Shown here piece by piece: positions 23,707-33,569 of a stretch of DNA of 64,000 nt (positions within the stretch are counted from its first letter, which is position 1; the number at the start of each line of letters is the position of its first letter). Origin of the DNA: Hyphomicrobiaceae bacterium (GTDB lineage Bacteria; Pseudomonadota; Alphaproteobacteria; Rhizobiales; Devosiaceae); the NCBI GenBank assembly GCA_020638065.1, contig JACKJG010000013.1, forward strand, positions 19,058 to 83,057. Reading direction: 5' to 3'. Under the pieces are notes generated by a model. It was not told the origin of the DNA and did not search any database. It worked only from the letters and a program-made list of their open reading frames with translations. The position numbers and the translations under genes were made by a program.

Positions 23707-24795
23707 TCAGCGCAGCTTGAGCGTGCTCAAACCGATCAGCGCCAAGACAAAAGCGATGATCCAGAACCGGATCACGATCTGGCTTTCGGTCCAGCCCATA
23801 TGCTCGAAATGATGGTGGATCGGCGCCATACGGAACACGCGCTTGCCCGTCAGCTTGAAACTGACCACCTGCACGATGACCGAGACGGTCTCCAGCACGA
23901 AAAGACCGCCGGTAATCGCCAGAACGATTTCATGCTTGGTCGCAACAGCGATCGACCCCAGCGCGCCGCCAAGCGCCAGAGACCCGGTGTCGCCCATGAA
24001 GATCTGCGCCGGGGGCGCATTGAACCACAAGAAGCCCAGTCCCGCGCCGATCAGCGCCCCGCACACCACGGCAAGTTCGCCCGTTCCGGGCACGAAATTG
24101 ATCAGCAGATAGTCTGAAAAGGTCTGGTTGCCGACCAGGTAGGCGATGAGCCCGAACACGGCGGCTGCGATCATCACCGGCACGATGGCAAGCCCGTCCA
24201 GACCGTCCGTCAGGTTCACCGCATTGCCCGCTGCAACGATGACGAAACCGCCAAAAAGGATGAAGAACCAGCTCAGATTGAGCGCAAGATCCTTGATGAA
24301 GGGAAACAGGAGCGACGACGAAAACGGCTGTTCGCCCATCTGCATGAAAACCAGACAGGCAATGCCGGCGATCAACGCTTCGAGTCCAAGCCGAACCCGG
24401 CCCGAAAAGCCGTTATAGTTCTTGTTGCTGGTGATCTTCAGATAATCGTCGTAGAACCCGATCGCACCAAAACCGATGGTTACGAACAGCACCATCCAGA
24501 CATAAAGATTGGTCAGATTAGCCCATAGAAGGGTCGACGCAACCGCCCCGGACAGGATCATCAGACCGCCCATGGTCGGTGTGCCGGCCTTGGCAACAAT
24601 GTGTCCCTGCGGGCCGTCTTCGCGAATAGGTTGGCCTTTGCCCTGCCGCGTCCTCAGGCTGCGGATCATCCAGGGTCCGAACAGGAATACGAAGAACAGG
24701 GCGGTAAGTATGGCGCCGCCTGTCCTGAACGTGATGTAGCGAAAAACGTTGAAGGCGCCGAGCCCGTCGCCGATCTGCCCCAGGAATTGCAGCAT
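23707..24795 (-). CDS. mraY: Phospho-N-acetylmuramoyl-pentapeptide transferase
   Basis: [34 protein letters not shown] and [10 protein letters not shown] are present. Confidence 0.95.
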   Translation of the reverse strand: MLQFLGQIGDGLGAFNVFRYITFRTGGAILTALFFVFLFGPWMIRSLRTRQGKGQPIREDGPQGHIVAKAGTPTMGGLMILSGAVASTLLWANLTNLYVWMVLFVTIGFGAIGFYDDYLKITSNKNYNGFSGRVRLGLEALIAGIACLVFMQMGEQPFSSSLLFPFIKDLALNLSWFFILFGGFVIVAAGNAVNLTDGLDGLAIVPVMIAAAVFGLIAYLVGNQTFSDYLLINFVPGTGELAVVCGALIGAGLGFLWFNAPPAQIFMGDTGSLALGGALGSIAVATKHEIVLAITGGLFVLETVSVIVQVVSFKLTGKRVFRMAPIHHHFEHMGWTESQIVIRFWIIAFVLALIGLSTLKLR

Positions 24796-24851
24796 TCACT
24801 CACTACTCCGCGCCGCGCCCGAAGGGCTGGCTGTCCCCTTGCCGGAATGAC

Positions 24852-26249
24852 CTATTGGTCGAACTGGCGGCGAATTTGTGTCACCAGTTTCGAAAGGCCA
24901 ACGCCGTTCGAACCTTTGAGCATAACAAGGTCGCCATAATCAAGCTGGCCCTTCAGCTTGTCGCCTGCAACGTTAACATCGAGAGCCGTGTCCGCCCGAA
25001 TTCCCTTTTTATCGAGCAGCGGCTGCAACCCAGCCATTTCCGATCCGACCAGGAGCAGATAGTCCGGCTGCCCTTCGATAATCAGGTCGAGCAACCCGCG
25101 ATGGAGCGCACTGGACTGGCTTCCGAGTTCCAGCATGTCGCCGAGAACGAGAACGCGCCGGCCAGCGCTGGGGCGCTCGGCGAAAACCCCTAGCGCCGCC
25201 CGCATCGATGTCGGATTGGCATTGTAGCTTTCGTCGAGCAGGGTCAGGACGCGACCGTCCTGCGCGAACTCAACGGCAATGCCGCGTCCGTCCGGCGCCG
25301 CGAATTTCGTGAGATGCGCAACCGCCGCCGGCAGCGGCAATTCGAGCGGCAGAGTTACCAGTGCAGCACCCACAGCGTTGGCCATCATGTGTCGGCCCGT
25401 CGCGGCAATCGAGATGTCAAACGGCTCCCCGTCGAGTTCAAAGCGCGCACGTGCGCCCGTCTCGGTCGATTTGTAGTCGCTGATGCGCACGTTGCCCTGC
25501 TCAAATCCATAGGTCAGCACCATCCGCGCACCAGCCTCATGCGCGGACGCAACCAATTGCCGTTCAAACGCATGATCGGCATTGATGATGGCCGCGCCAT
25601 GCGGCTGCAGCCCGAGAAAGATCTCCGACTTGGCCCGGGCGATGGCTTCCATCGATCCCAATTCGCCCAGATGCGCGGGCGCAATCGAAGTGATCATCGC
25701 GACGTGCGGCTGCACAAGCGCCGTCAATGGCGTGATTTCGCCTTCGTGGCTCATGCCCATTTCGAACACGCCAAACTGCGCATCCGCCGGCAGATTGGCC
25801 AGCATCAGCGGCACGCCCCAATGATTGTTGTAGCTCTTGATTGAGGCATGCACCTTGCCAAAGCCGGAGAGCATGGTCAGCAGGGCTTCCTTGGTCGACG
25901 TTTTGCCAACGCTTCCCGTCACCGCAATGATCCTTGCGTGCGACCTCATCCGGGCCGCATGCGCGATCTGCCGCAATCCTTCCAGCGGGTCCTCAACCAC
26001 CAGCATTGGCAGATTGCCGAATTCCTCAGCCTTTCCGGTGGAAACCATTGCCAGCGATGCGCCAGTGTCCACCGCGTCGGCTGCGAAATCGTGGCCGTCA
26101 TGCCGATCGCCCTTGATCGCCACGAACAGCGCCCCTTCCGGCACATTTCGCGAATCTATCACGATTTCAGAAATGCCTTCGGCATCCGAATTGCGGATGT
26201 CTCCGCCGGTGGCCGCAGCAAGCTCGGATAGTGTGAAAAGCATCGCCAA
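24852..26249 (-). CDS. murF: UDP-N-acetylmuramoyl-tripeptide--D-alanyl-D-alanine ligase
   Basis: The P-loop VTGSVGKTSTKE, DESYNANP and its position after murE support the call. Start is TTG 26249 or ATG 26243. Confidence 0.9.
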   Translation of the reverse strand: MAMLFTLSELAAATGGDIRNSDAEGISEIVIDSRNVPEGALFVAIKGDRHDGHDFAADAVDTGASLAMVSTGKAEEFGNLPMLVVEDPLEGLRQIAHAARMRSHARIIAVTGSVGKTSTKEALLTMLSGFGKVHASIKSYNNHWGVPLMLANLPADAQFGVFEMGMSHEGEITPLTALVQPHVAMITSIAPAHLGELGSMEAIARAKSEIFLGLQPHGAAIINADHAFERQLVASAHEAGARMVLTYGFEQGNVRISDYKSTETGARARFELDGEPFDISIAATGRHMMANAVGAALVTLPLELPLPAAVAHLTKFAAPDGRGIAVEFAQDGRVLTLLDESYNANPTSMRAALGVFAERPSAGRRVLVLGDMLELGSQSSALHRGLLDLIIEGQPDYLLLVGSEMAGLQPLLDKKGIRADTALDVNVAGDKLKGQLDYGDLVMLKGSNGVGLSKLVTQIRRQFDQ

Positions 26250-26263
26250 TCGCGCCCAGTCGC

Positions 26264-27706
26264 CTACGACCTCAGCGCATCGGCCACCACCTCATGGTCG
26301 GAAAACGGATGCTTGGTCGTTCCGATGATCTGATAATCCTCGTGCCCCTTGCCCGCAACCAGCAAAACGTCACCTTCGCCAAGTCCCGCAACGGCCGCTT
26401 TGATGGCTTCGGCCCGGTCACCGATCTCGGTGGCTCCTGCGCAGGCGGAAAGAACTTCCCGGCGAATTGCCGCCGCGTCTTCCGTTCGCGGATTGTCATC
26501 GGTCACAATCACATCGTCTGCAATTTCAGCGGCAATCCGGCCCATCAGGGGACGTTTGCCCGTGTCGCGGTCGCCGCCTGCGCCGAAGACGACCTTGAGC
26601 CTGCCCGAGGCATAGGGCTTGAGCGTTTTCAGGGCGACTTCCAAGGCATCGGGCGTATGCGCATAGTCGATGAAGATCGCGGCGCCGTCTTTGGTCCCGA
26701 CACGCTCCAGCCGCCCACGCGCGCCTTTGAGCATTTGCAGCGCCGGAATCACATTGTCTCGATGCGCACCGGCGGCCATCACCATCGCGGCGGCAACAAT
26801 CGCGTTGGAGACCTGAAAATCACCGGCGAGCGGCAGGGTGAACTCCAGCGGCTCGCCGACAAGCTTGCCGGACACTTTCTGGCCCCAGCCGTCCTGCTCG
26901 ACCGTGCTGACCTCGATATAGGCACCCTCGCGCCCCACCGTGAGAACCGTGGCACCACGCTCCAGCGCTGCGAACATGAACGGCATATGCTCCGGATCGT
27001 CGGCGTTGATCACCGCCGAACCACTCTCCTTGAGCAGGGTCGTGAACAGCCGCAATTTGGCGTCACGATAATCTTCCATCGTCGGATGGTAGTCGAGATG
27101 GTCGCGGCTGAGATTGGTGAAGCCGGCCACGTCGAAGGAAATCCCGTCGATCCGGCGTTGCGCGATCCCGTGGCTCGAAGCCTCCATGATCACATGGTTG
27201 ATCCCGTCGGCTTTGAGCGCCGCCAGGCGCCGGTGCAAGCTCAACGGATCGGGGGTCGTATGCGTGCCTGGCTCGATCTGATCACGAAACTGCACGCCCA
27301 AAGTGCCGATCGAGGCCGAAGCAAGTCCCATATTCTCCCAGATCTGCCGGACGAACGAAGCAACCGAGGTCTTGCCATTGGTACCCGTGATCCCGAACAT
27401 GGTTGCGGGTTGCGGTCCTGAGGTCCGCGCCGCGGCCAGCGCAAATGCCCGCCTCACATCCTCGACAATGACCACCGAAATGCCCGGATCGACGTTCGGC
27501 CGCCGGTCGGTCACCATCACGCGCGCGCCGCGTTCCGCTGCCTTTGCGGCGAAACTGTCGCCATGCTGCACAAACCCCGGCAAAGCAAAAAACGCCTCAC
27601 CCATCGCGAGCGCCCGGCTATCGGCGTGGACACCCGTCACGCGGATGCTTTCCAGTTTGCTCGTGTCGGTCGAGCCCTCAAGCAGATCGGCAAGCAGAAA
27701 TGACAT
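26264..27706 (-). CDS. murE: UDP-N-acetylmuramoyl-L-alanyl-D-glutamate--2,6-diaminopimelate ligase
   Basis: GITGTNGKTSV, IDYAHTPDAL and the DAP-specific DNPR motif (VTDDNPRTED) are present. Confidence 0.92.
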   Translation of the reverse strand: MSFLLADLLEGSTDTSKLESIRVTGVHADSRALAMGEAFFALPGFVQHGDSFAAKAAERGARVMVTDRRPNVDPGISVVIVEDVRRAFALAAARTSGPQPATMFGITGTNGKTSVASFVRQIWENMGLASASIGTLGVQFRDQIEPGTHTTPDPLSLHRRLAALKADGINHVIMEASSHGIAQRRIDGISFDVAGFTNLSRDHLDYHPTMEDYRDAKLRLFTTLLKESGSAVINADDPEHMPFMFAALERGATVLTVGREGAYIEVSTVEQDGWGQKVSGKLVGEPLEFTLPLAGDFQVSNAIVAAAMVMAAGAHRDNVIPALQMLKGARGRLERVGTKDGAAIFIDYAHTPDALEVALKTLKPYASGRLKVVFGAGGDRDTGKRPLMGRIAAEIADDVIVTDDNPRTEDAAAIRREVLSACAGATEIGDRAEAIKAAVAGLGEGDVLLVAGKGHEDYQIIGTTKHPFSDHEVVADALRS

Positions 27707-27721
27707 CGTGTTTTCCCGGCC

Positions 27722-29428
27722 CTAGCGCAAAACGGCGGGGACCAGCGATTGATCCACGCTTTCGTCGAACTCGGGCGCAATTCCTAACATGGGTGCGACT
27801 CGCTTGATAATTCTGCCCGCGACTTCGCCCGCATTCCACCCCGCCGTGTCCCCCGATTGCGGATTTTCCCGTTTCGGTTCGTCGATCACCACCACCAGCG
27901 CATATTGTGGATTGTCCAGCGGAAATGCAGCCGCGAAGGCGTTGAAATTCTTGTTCGATACGTAACGCCCGTTTTCAACCTTTTCCGCCGTCCCGGTCTT
28001 GCCGCCAGGCAGATAGCCATCAGCAATCCGGTTCATGTGGGTGGCCGTGCCTTCCATGGCATTGAGCCGTAGCAAATAACGCACCAGGGCGCTGGCCTCG
28101 GGCGAAATCACGTGGCGGCCGATTTCAGCCGCTTCTTCGGTGCTGCGCGGGAACAGGGTGGCTGGCAGATAGACGCCATCGTTGACGAATGCCGCAATTG
28201 CTGAGGCCATGTGCAATGGCGTCACCGAAATGCCGTGCCCGAACGAGGCCGTCGCCGCGACGATTTCTGAAAAATCGCTGGGAATGGTCGAACGCTTGGT
28301 TTCCGGCAATTCGATCGGCAGCGGCTCGTCAAATCCCATCCGGTGCAAAAAGGCGCGGTAATTGTCCTTGCCCCAGGCCTGCATCAGATGGATCGTGCCG
28401 ACGTTCGACGAATATTTGAAAATCTCCGGAACGCTCAGTACACGATGCTGGCCGTGAAAGTCATCGATCACGAACCGTCCGAACCGGACACCATGGGTCG
28501 CGTCGAAACGGTCGGTAATGTGTACTGCGCCGCTGTCCAGCGCCCCGGCAAAGGTCACGGTTTTGAAGGTCGAACCAAGTTCGAACGTGCCCGCAGTAAT
28601 TCGATTGATGCGGCCTTCTTCGAGCGCGGTCGCTGGCTCGTTCGGGTCGAAATCGGGGAGCGAGACCAGCCCCATGACCTCACCGGTCTTGACGTTGATC
28701 AGCACGCCGGCGGCGGCGATGGCCTGGTAACGCGTCATCGAATCTTCGAGTTCCGCATGCAGCGCGTGCTGGACCCTGAGATCGATCGAGAGTTGCACCT
28801 GATCCGGCCGTTCGGCATCTGTATTCAGAACCTTCCTGTCAAGGTAGCGCTCAATGCCGGAAATGCCCTGATTGTCGATATTGACCGTGCCGAGAAGGTG
28901 CGAAGCATCCGATCCGCCGGGATAATATCTCTTGGTTTCATTGACGAAATCGACACCCGGCAGGCCGAGCTGCAGAACCTTTTCCTGCATGGCGGGCGAC
29001 AATTCGCGCTCCAGCCAAACAAAGCCTTCGTCACCGTCCAGCCGTTGCCGCAGAAAATCCGTTGATAATTGCGGGAGAACCGAATGCAGTTTCTCAACAG
29101 CCTCGTCTATATCAATGATATTCTTAGGCTCAGCGTAAAGGCTCGGCGCCTCGATATCGAGCGCCAATGGCTCGCCATTACGGTCGACAAGCGCGGGCCG
29201 CGCCAGTGTCAATTCGCTATTGGCGCGCAGATATTCCGGATCGGCAGGCCTTTCGATGCCCAGTTGAATAAGCCGTCCGCAAATCACAGCGAAAACCAGA
29301 ACGAGAACGCCAACCGAAAACCAGATGCGCGATCGCGTGAGGTTCTTGCGGGCCTTGCGTCCGCCCTCAAGGGCGATTTCCGGATGCGCGCCGGAAAGGT
29401 CGGTCATCGTGGGATCGGCGACACTCAT
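27722..29428 (-). CDS. ftsI: Peptidoglycan D,D-transpeptidase FtsI (PBP3)
   Basis: An N-terminal TM segment, a PBP dimerisation domain and the transpeptidase triad STFK, SSN and KTGTA are present. Confidence 0.9.
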   Translation of the reverse strand: MSVADPTMTDLSGAHPEIALEGGRKARKNLTRSRIWFSVGVLVLVFAVICGRLIQLGIERPADPEYLRANSELTLARPALVDRNGEPLALDIEAPSLYAEPKNIIDIDEAVEKLHSVLPQLSTDFLRQRLDGDEGFVWLERELSPAMQEKVLQLGLPGVDFVNETKRYYPGGSDASHLLGTVNIDNQGISGIERYLDRKVLNTDAERPDQVQLSIDLRVQHALHAELEDSMTRYQAIAAAGVLINVKTGEVMGLVSLPDFDPNEPATALEEGRINRITAGTFELGSTFKTVTFAGALDSGAVHITDRFDATHGVRFGRFVIDDFHGQHRVLSVPEIFKYSSNVGTIHLMQAWGKDNYRAFLHRMGFDEPLPIELPETKRSTIPSDFSEIVAATASFGHGISVTPLHMASAIAAFVNDGVYLPATLFPRSTEEAAEIGRHVISPEASALVRYLLRLNAMEGTATHMNRIADGYLPGGKTGTAEKVENGRYVSNKNFNAFAAAFPLDNPQYALVVVIDEPKRENPQSGDTAGWNAGEVAGRIIKRVAPMLGIAPEFDESVDQSLVPAVLR

Positions 29429-29808
29429 TGCACAATCAACTCATTCAGTTTGTCGCCGATCGGATCGACACCCGCATCCAGCGCTTCGAGCAGCCGTGTC
29501 AGCGCCTCGTCGTTCACCTGTTGCGGCCGCATCGGGATATCGGTGATCGAGCCATATTGCTTGGCCGAAATGACTTTGAGCTCGAGGCTGTCCTCGTGCC
29601 GGATCACGATCGGCTCGATATGCGAAGGCTGGCTGAGATAGGCCCAGTCAGCGCGCAGAACGCTGAGATTTGTGTTTTGCTGGGCGATATCGCGTTGAAT
29701 CGCGACCTTCTCGTCGGCAATGGTTTCGGTCTGGTATTTGAGAACGTAAACCCCGGCCAAGGCCAGCACCGAGGTAAAAAACAGGATGACGTTGAGCGTG
29801 CGGATCAT
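29425..29808 (-). CDS. ftsL: Cell division protein FtsL (alphaproteobacterial type)
   Basis: The 127-aa bitopic protein (MIRTLNVILFFTSVLALAGVYVLKYQ + coiled segment) lies between rsmH and ftsI. It has ATGA overlaps on both sides. Confidence 0.7.
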   Translation of the reverse strand: MIRTLNVILFFTSVLALAGVYVLKYQTETIADEKVAIQRDIAQQNTNLSVLRADWAYLSQPSHIEPIVIRHEDSLELKVISAKQYGSITDIPMRPQQVNDEALTRLLEALDAGVDPIGDKLNELIVQ

Positions 29809-30806
29809 GCGGCACCCCGTAGTCTGACGTCCGGTACACCCAGCCCTGCATAGGAGACCGTCCGCGCCTCCGCGCCGCTTCGGCTTGCCGAGCGCAAAAT
29901 CGCAGATCTTGCCCGCGGGTTGCGTTCCAACTCGGCTTTGCCCGGCTTTGCCGGCTTGGCAACCGGGTCCCAACGCGCCGCTTCGGCCTTCTGTTCCGGC
30001 AGGTGCCGCGACCGGGCGCCCTGCCCAGCATCCACGCTGAAGAAGCGCTTGACGATACGGTCCTCGATTGAATGGAAGGTCACGACGCTGAGCACTCCGC
30101 CCGCCTGCAAAAGCCGTTCGGCGGCAAAAAGCCCTTCGACCAATTGTTCAAACTCGTGATTGACCGCAATCCTGAGCGCCTGAAAGCTGCGCGTCGCCGG
30201 ATGCGCCGCGCCCGGCTTGCGTCCGATGCTTTTCTCGATCAGCCCAGCCAGCTCCGCGGTCGATGAAATCGGATGTTCGGCGCGCCGGGTCACGATTGCC
30301 TTGGCGATCCGCCGCGATTTGCGCTCCTCGCCATAGCCGAAGAGCAAATTGGCGAGGTCCTCTTCCGCCAATTGGTTGACCAGATCCGATGCGCTCGGAC
30401 CCTCGCCGCCCATGCGCATATCGAGCGGTCCGTCGCGCATGAAGGAAAAACCACGCTCGGCCTCGTCGAGTTGCATCGAGCTGACCCCGATGTCGAGCAC
30501 CACCGCATCCACAGGTCCTGCGGCCAGCGCGTCCAGTTCTGAAAACGTGCCCCGCCGAAACGCGAACCTTTCAGGAAACTCGCTGGACAGACGGGCTGCG
30601 TGCACTTCGACAGACGGATCGCGATCGATGGCAATCACATTGGCACCAGCCTCAAGCAGTGCCCGCGAATAGCCGCCGGCCCCGAACGTTCCGTCCAGAA
30701 TGCGTTTGCCGGTCAGCGGCGTCAGTGAGGCGATCACCTCATCCAGCAAAACGGGCAAATGCGGCGGCATAACTCCGCCATCTGCCCTGTCGCGCCCTGA
30801 CGCCAT
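29805..30806 (-). CDS. rsmH: 16S rRNA (cytosine1402-N4)-methyltransferase RsmH (MraW)
   Basis: HLPVLLDEV, DGTFGAGGYSRALL, DLGVSSMQLD and SFHSIEDRIVK-type motifs (VVTFHSIEDRIVKRFF) are present. Start chosen at MASGRDRADGGVMPPH (ATG 30806). Confidence 0.92.
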   Translation of the reverse strand: MASGRDRADGGVMPPHLPVLLDEVIASLTPLTGKRILDGTFGAGGYSRALLEAGANVIAIDRDPSVEVHAARLSSEFPERFAFRRGTFSELDALAAGPVDAVVLDIGVSSMQLDEAERGFSFMRDGPLDMRMGGEGPSASDLVNQLAEEDLANLLFGYGEERKSRRIAKAIVTRRAEHPISSTAELAGLIEKSIGRKPGAAHPATRSFQALRIAVNHEFEQLVEGLFAAERLLQAGGVLSVVTFHSIEDRIVKRFFSVDAGQGARSRHLPEQKAEAARWDPVAKPAKPGKAELERNPRARSAILRSASRSGAEARTVSYAGLGVPDVRLRGAA

Positions 30807-30945
30807 TTGCAAAATACTCCAAGGACCCGGCAAAGGGACCTGACACAAACTTGAAATCATCGCTAAATTGTCACGAGGACGCTTAAGATTCGGTTTCCCA
30901 TAATTGCTATGGCGAACATGCGGCGCATTTGCGGGAGAATGCCAA

Positions 30946-31473
30946 ATGCCACGGCCCGATATCACTGAAGAAAACCCGATCCGAGAAGCCATCGCCGCCG
31001 ACCGGCCAGGGATCGTATCCATGCTGGAATCCATACAGCGGCTCAAACGCGGCCTGATCGGCTACCCGATGCGTGCCCCTGAACAGGCTACGCCCGAATA
31101 CGTCGCCGAGCTCTACGGACTGATCGAAGAAAATGACGGTTTGATCCTGGTCTATGAGATGCAGGATCAGGTCGCCGGGTTCATCGCCGGGTTCATCACG
31201 CGAGATGACGACATCAATGCCGAAGATGATTTTCGCGATCACGCCCTGATCGCCGACGTCTATGTCCGCACCAATCTGCGTGGTCTGGGCATTGCCCGCG
31301 CGCTGTTTTCGGCCTTCGAACAGCGCATGGCCCTGGCCGGCGCCAGGCATGTCCGTATCTGGGCCAAAGCCAAGAATGAAGGTGCCATGCTCGCTTGGCA
31401 GCGCCTCGGCTTCGAGCCCTATGAGACCGTGTTCGTCAAGGCAATCGGTCCCGAAGTAGAAAGTGCCAGTTGA
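30946..31473 (+). CDS. GNAT-family N-acetyltransferase
   Basis: The acetyl-CoA binding motif A is VYVRTNLRGLGIARALF (Q/R-x-x-G-x-G/A pattern), and length is typical at 175 aa. GGGAGA lies upstream of the ATG at 30946. Confidence 0.7.
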   Translation: MPRPDITEENPIREAIAADRPGIVSMLESIQRLKRGLIGYPMRAPEQATPEYVAELYGLIEENDGLILVYEMQDQVAGFIAGFITRDDDINAEDDFRDHALIADVYVRTNLRGLGIARALFSAFEQRMALAGARHVRIWAKAKNEGAMLAWQRLGFEPYETVFVKAIGPEVESAS

Positions 31474-31846
31474 CCTGTAAGCCGGGTTCTGTAGGGCCGC
31501 ACGCCGAAACGTGCGACGCGGTGGCCATTCATCTGCGACGTCCATCGCTGAACGCCTGGTGCAACCAACCCGGACCGCTGCTCCGAAAACGCGAGTGGAG
31601 TTGCCTCCGTGCGGTCCCTATTTGGTCTTGCTCCCGGTGGGGTTTACCCTGCCAGTCCCGTTGCCGGGCCCGCGGTGCGCTCTTACCGCACCCTTTCACC
31701 TTTTCCCGGCCGAAACCGGGTAGTTTGCTTTCTGTGGCACTTTCCCTGGGGTCGCCCCCGCCGGACTTTATCCGGCACCGTGTTTTCGTGGAGCCCGGAC
31801 TTTCCTCCCCCGCAAGCGGGAGCGGCCACCCGGTCAACTGGCGGCT
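31463..31846 (-). ncRNA. rnpB: RNase P RNA, bacterial type A
   Basis: The reverse complement reads ..GCCGCCAGUUGACCGGGUGGCC..GGGGGAGGAAAGUCCGGGCUCC..GGUGAAAGGGUGCGGUAAGAGCGCACC..ACAGAACCCGGCUUACAGGUCAACUGGC. Three universally conserved blocks match: GAGGAAAGUCCGGGCUCC, GGGUGCGGUAAGAGCGCACC and ACAGAACCCGGCUUA. The P1 helix pairs CCAGUUGACC with GGUCAACUGG. The ends are approximate, within a few nt. Confidence 0.92.
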
Positions 31847-31849
31847 CTG

Positions 31850-31878
31850 AAATAAGGTTTGCCGCACCAAAAGGTCAA
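31850..31878 (-). promoter_or_regulatory. Putative sigma-70 promoter of rnpB
   Basis: On the minus strand the sequence is TTGACC, a 17-nt spacer, then TTATTT. The -10 ends about 4-7 nt before the predicted 5' end of the P1 helix. Confidence 0.5.
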
Positions 31879-31892
31879 GAAGATGCGAAGCG

Positions 31893-32582
31893 CTAAAGTT
31901 TGCGCGTCTTGGCGAGGATGTCGTAGGCCTCGTTGATCGCCGCCAGTTTCGCCGTCGCCATGGTCACCAGTTCAGCCGGAACGCCATTCGCCATCAGCCG
32001 GTCGGGATGCAATTCGCTCACATGCGCGCGATAGGCCTTCTTGATGGCCGCGTCATCCATATCCGGATCGACACCGAGCACCAGATAGGGGTCGAGTCCG
32101 TCATCGCTGACCATGTGTTGGGCAGCGATCTGCTCGAACTGCTTCTCGCTGAAAGCGAAGATTTCGCTGACCTCCTGCAGATAGCCCAACTCGTCTTCAT
32201 GGATGAACCCGTCCGCCGCTGCGATCGCAAACAACAGTTCGAAAACGTGTTGCAGCGTCTCCGGACTGTCCTCGAACAGCCGCTTAACCCTTCGCGCATA
32301 GGACTCAAAACCTGCCACATCCTTTTGTGCCAGCTCGAAAAACCAGTCGACCTGTTCGGCCGATTCCGGTGCGACCTGCACAAGATCGCGGAACATCCTG
32401 ACTTCGGACGCAGACACGACCCCATCGGCCACCGCCATTTTTGCTGCAAGGGCCACAAGCGCGACGGTGAACGCCGCGTCGCGTCCGCCCATGAGCCAGC
32501 GTTCGGGATCGAGCAAGCTGAGAAGGGAATCCACCCGCCCCCGGAAGTCGATGATTTCGGAAATACGTTGCCAGACCGACAT
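31893..32582 (-). CDS. djlA: Co-chaperone DjlA (TerB-like domain + C-terminal J domain)
   Basis: The C-terminal J domain DPYLVLGVDPDMDDAAIKKAYRAHVSELHPDRLMANGVPAELVTMATAKLAAINEAYDIL aligns closely with E. coli DjlA (..[33 protein letters not shown]). A TerB-like middle is present (FAALAAKMAVADG-type). ATG is at 32582. Confidence 0.8.
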   Translation of the reverse strand: MSVWQRISEIIDFRGRVDSLLSLLDPERWLMGGRDAAFTVALVALAAKMAVADGVVSASEVRMFRDLVQVAPESAEQVDWFFELAQKDVAGFESYARRVKRLFEDSPETLQHVFELLFAIAAADGFIHEDELGYLQEVSEIFAFSEKQFEQIAAQHMVSDDGLDPYLVLGVDPDMDDAAIKKAYRAHVSELHPDRLMANGVPAELVTMATAKLAAINEAYDILAKTRKL

Positions 32583-32675
32583 GCGTCCCAACCGTCAGAA
32601 TTCGGGCAAATCACCCCGTTTCCGTTCAGTTTAGGCGATTGCCATCCCGCTTCAAGCGCTGATCTCGACCGCGCG

Positions 32676-33488
32676 TCATCGGCCCACGTTGCGCAGCGGG
32701 ATGGGGTGCGGCCGGGGGCCGTTTTCTACCTCAATCCAACTGACAAGATACGGAAGAACCGGCTGAGACCCGGATGCGACCGTCGTCTCGAGGTTGTTGC
32801 GCGCATTGACCTGATCAAGCCGCCGCGGCCAGCTGCCGTCGGCAAAATCACTGACCAGCGGATCGAGCGAGACAGAACGCGCCGCAACAATGGTCGCATC
32901 AACCGGCACCGGAACGGGCACCAGCCTCGGGCGGTTCTCCCGTGGCATCGGGATGGGCGGCGTCAGATCGATCGGGCCATCGCCTTCGTCAAAGTGAATG
33001 ACAGTGACCGGCTTCATATCGATCAGCGCGACTTCGACCTCGTCTGGCGACGGCGCAGCATCAATCGGGGCCGGAGCAGCCGGCACCGCCTCCGCCTCTG
33101 GCTCGGGCGGCACCTGGGGAGACGCTGGCTCTGAATTGGCAACGTTGAGACCAGCAACATTCGAGGCGAAATCGATCACGCGAACCGGGTTTTTCGGCAC
33201 GACCTGGCTGGAAACGCCCGGACTTTGAGAATTCGCGTCGTCAGGCATCGGGAACGCGCCGTCCGCGCCAGCAGACCCATTGTCGGATGCAACCGCGAAT
33301 TGCCCTTCCCCCGCAACCGGCATCGGACCGTAGACTTGCGCAGCGTCCGCGCCAGACGTTTGGTCTGCGCCTGACTGCAAAAGGGGTGGTGGTGCGGCCC
33401 AGTCTGCAACCGCGATGCCATGTGCAAGGCCAAGTGAAACAGCCGCCAGCGCGGCTCCCGCTGCGAGCGGGCGCACAAAGGATGCCAT
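32676..33488 (-). CDS. Secreted hypothetical protein, Pro/Ala-rich
   Basis: Start MASFVRPLAAGAALAAVSLGLAHGIAVA is a Sec signal with an AxA-like site, and GGGAG lies upstream. The low-complexity P/A/E-rich middle gives no recognised domain. Confidence 0.55.
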   Translation of the reverse strand: MASFVRPLAAGAALAAVSLGLAHGIAVADWAAPPPLLQSGADQTSGADAAQVYGPMPVAGEGQFAVASDNGSAGADGAFPMPDDANSQSPGVSSQVVPKNPVRVIDFASNVAGLNVANSEPASPQVPPEPEAEAVPAAPAPIDAAPSPDEVEVALIDMKPVTVIHFDEGDGPIDLTPPIPMPRENRPRLVPVPVPVDATIVAARSVSLDPLVSDFADGSWPRRLDQVNARNNLETTVASGSQPVLPYLVSWIEVENGPRPHPIPLRNVGR

Positions 33489-33569
33489 AATCTGCTCCCC
33501 GTCTGAGGCGCCCCCGCCACGGTCAAAATGCAAACCGCATAAAGCGGCGAGATTATGGTTAACGCAGGC

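Noticed and set aside
31470-31870. ORFs 31470-31850 (+), 31511-31723 (+), 31529-31870 (-) and 31609-31896 (+).
   Set aside because: They lie across the RNase P RNA gene, and the conserved rnpB blocks explain the region. The translations are Pro/Arg/Gly-rich nonsense.
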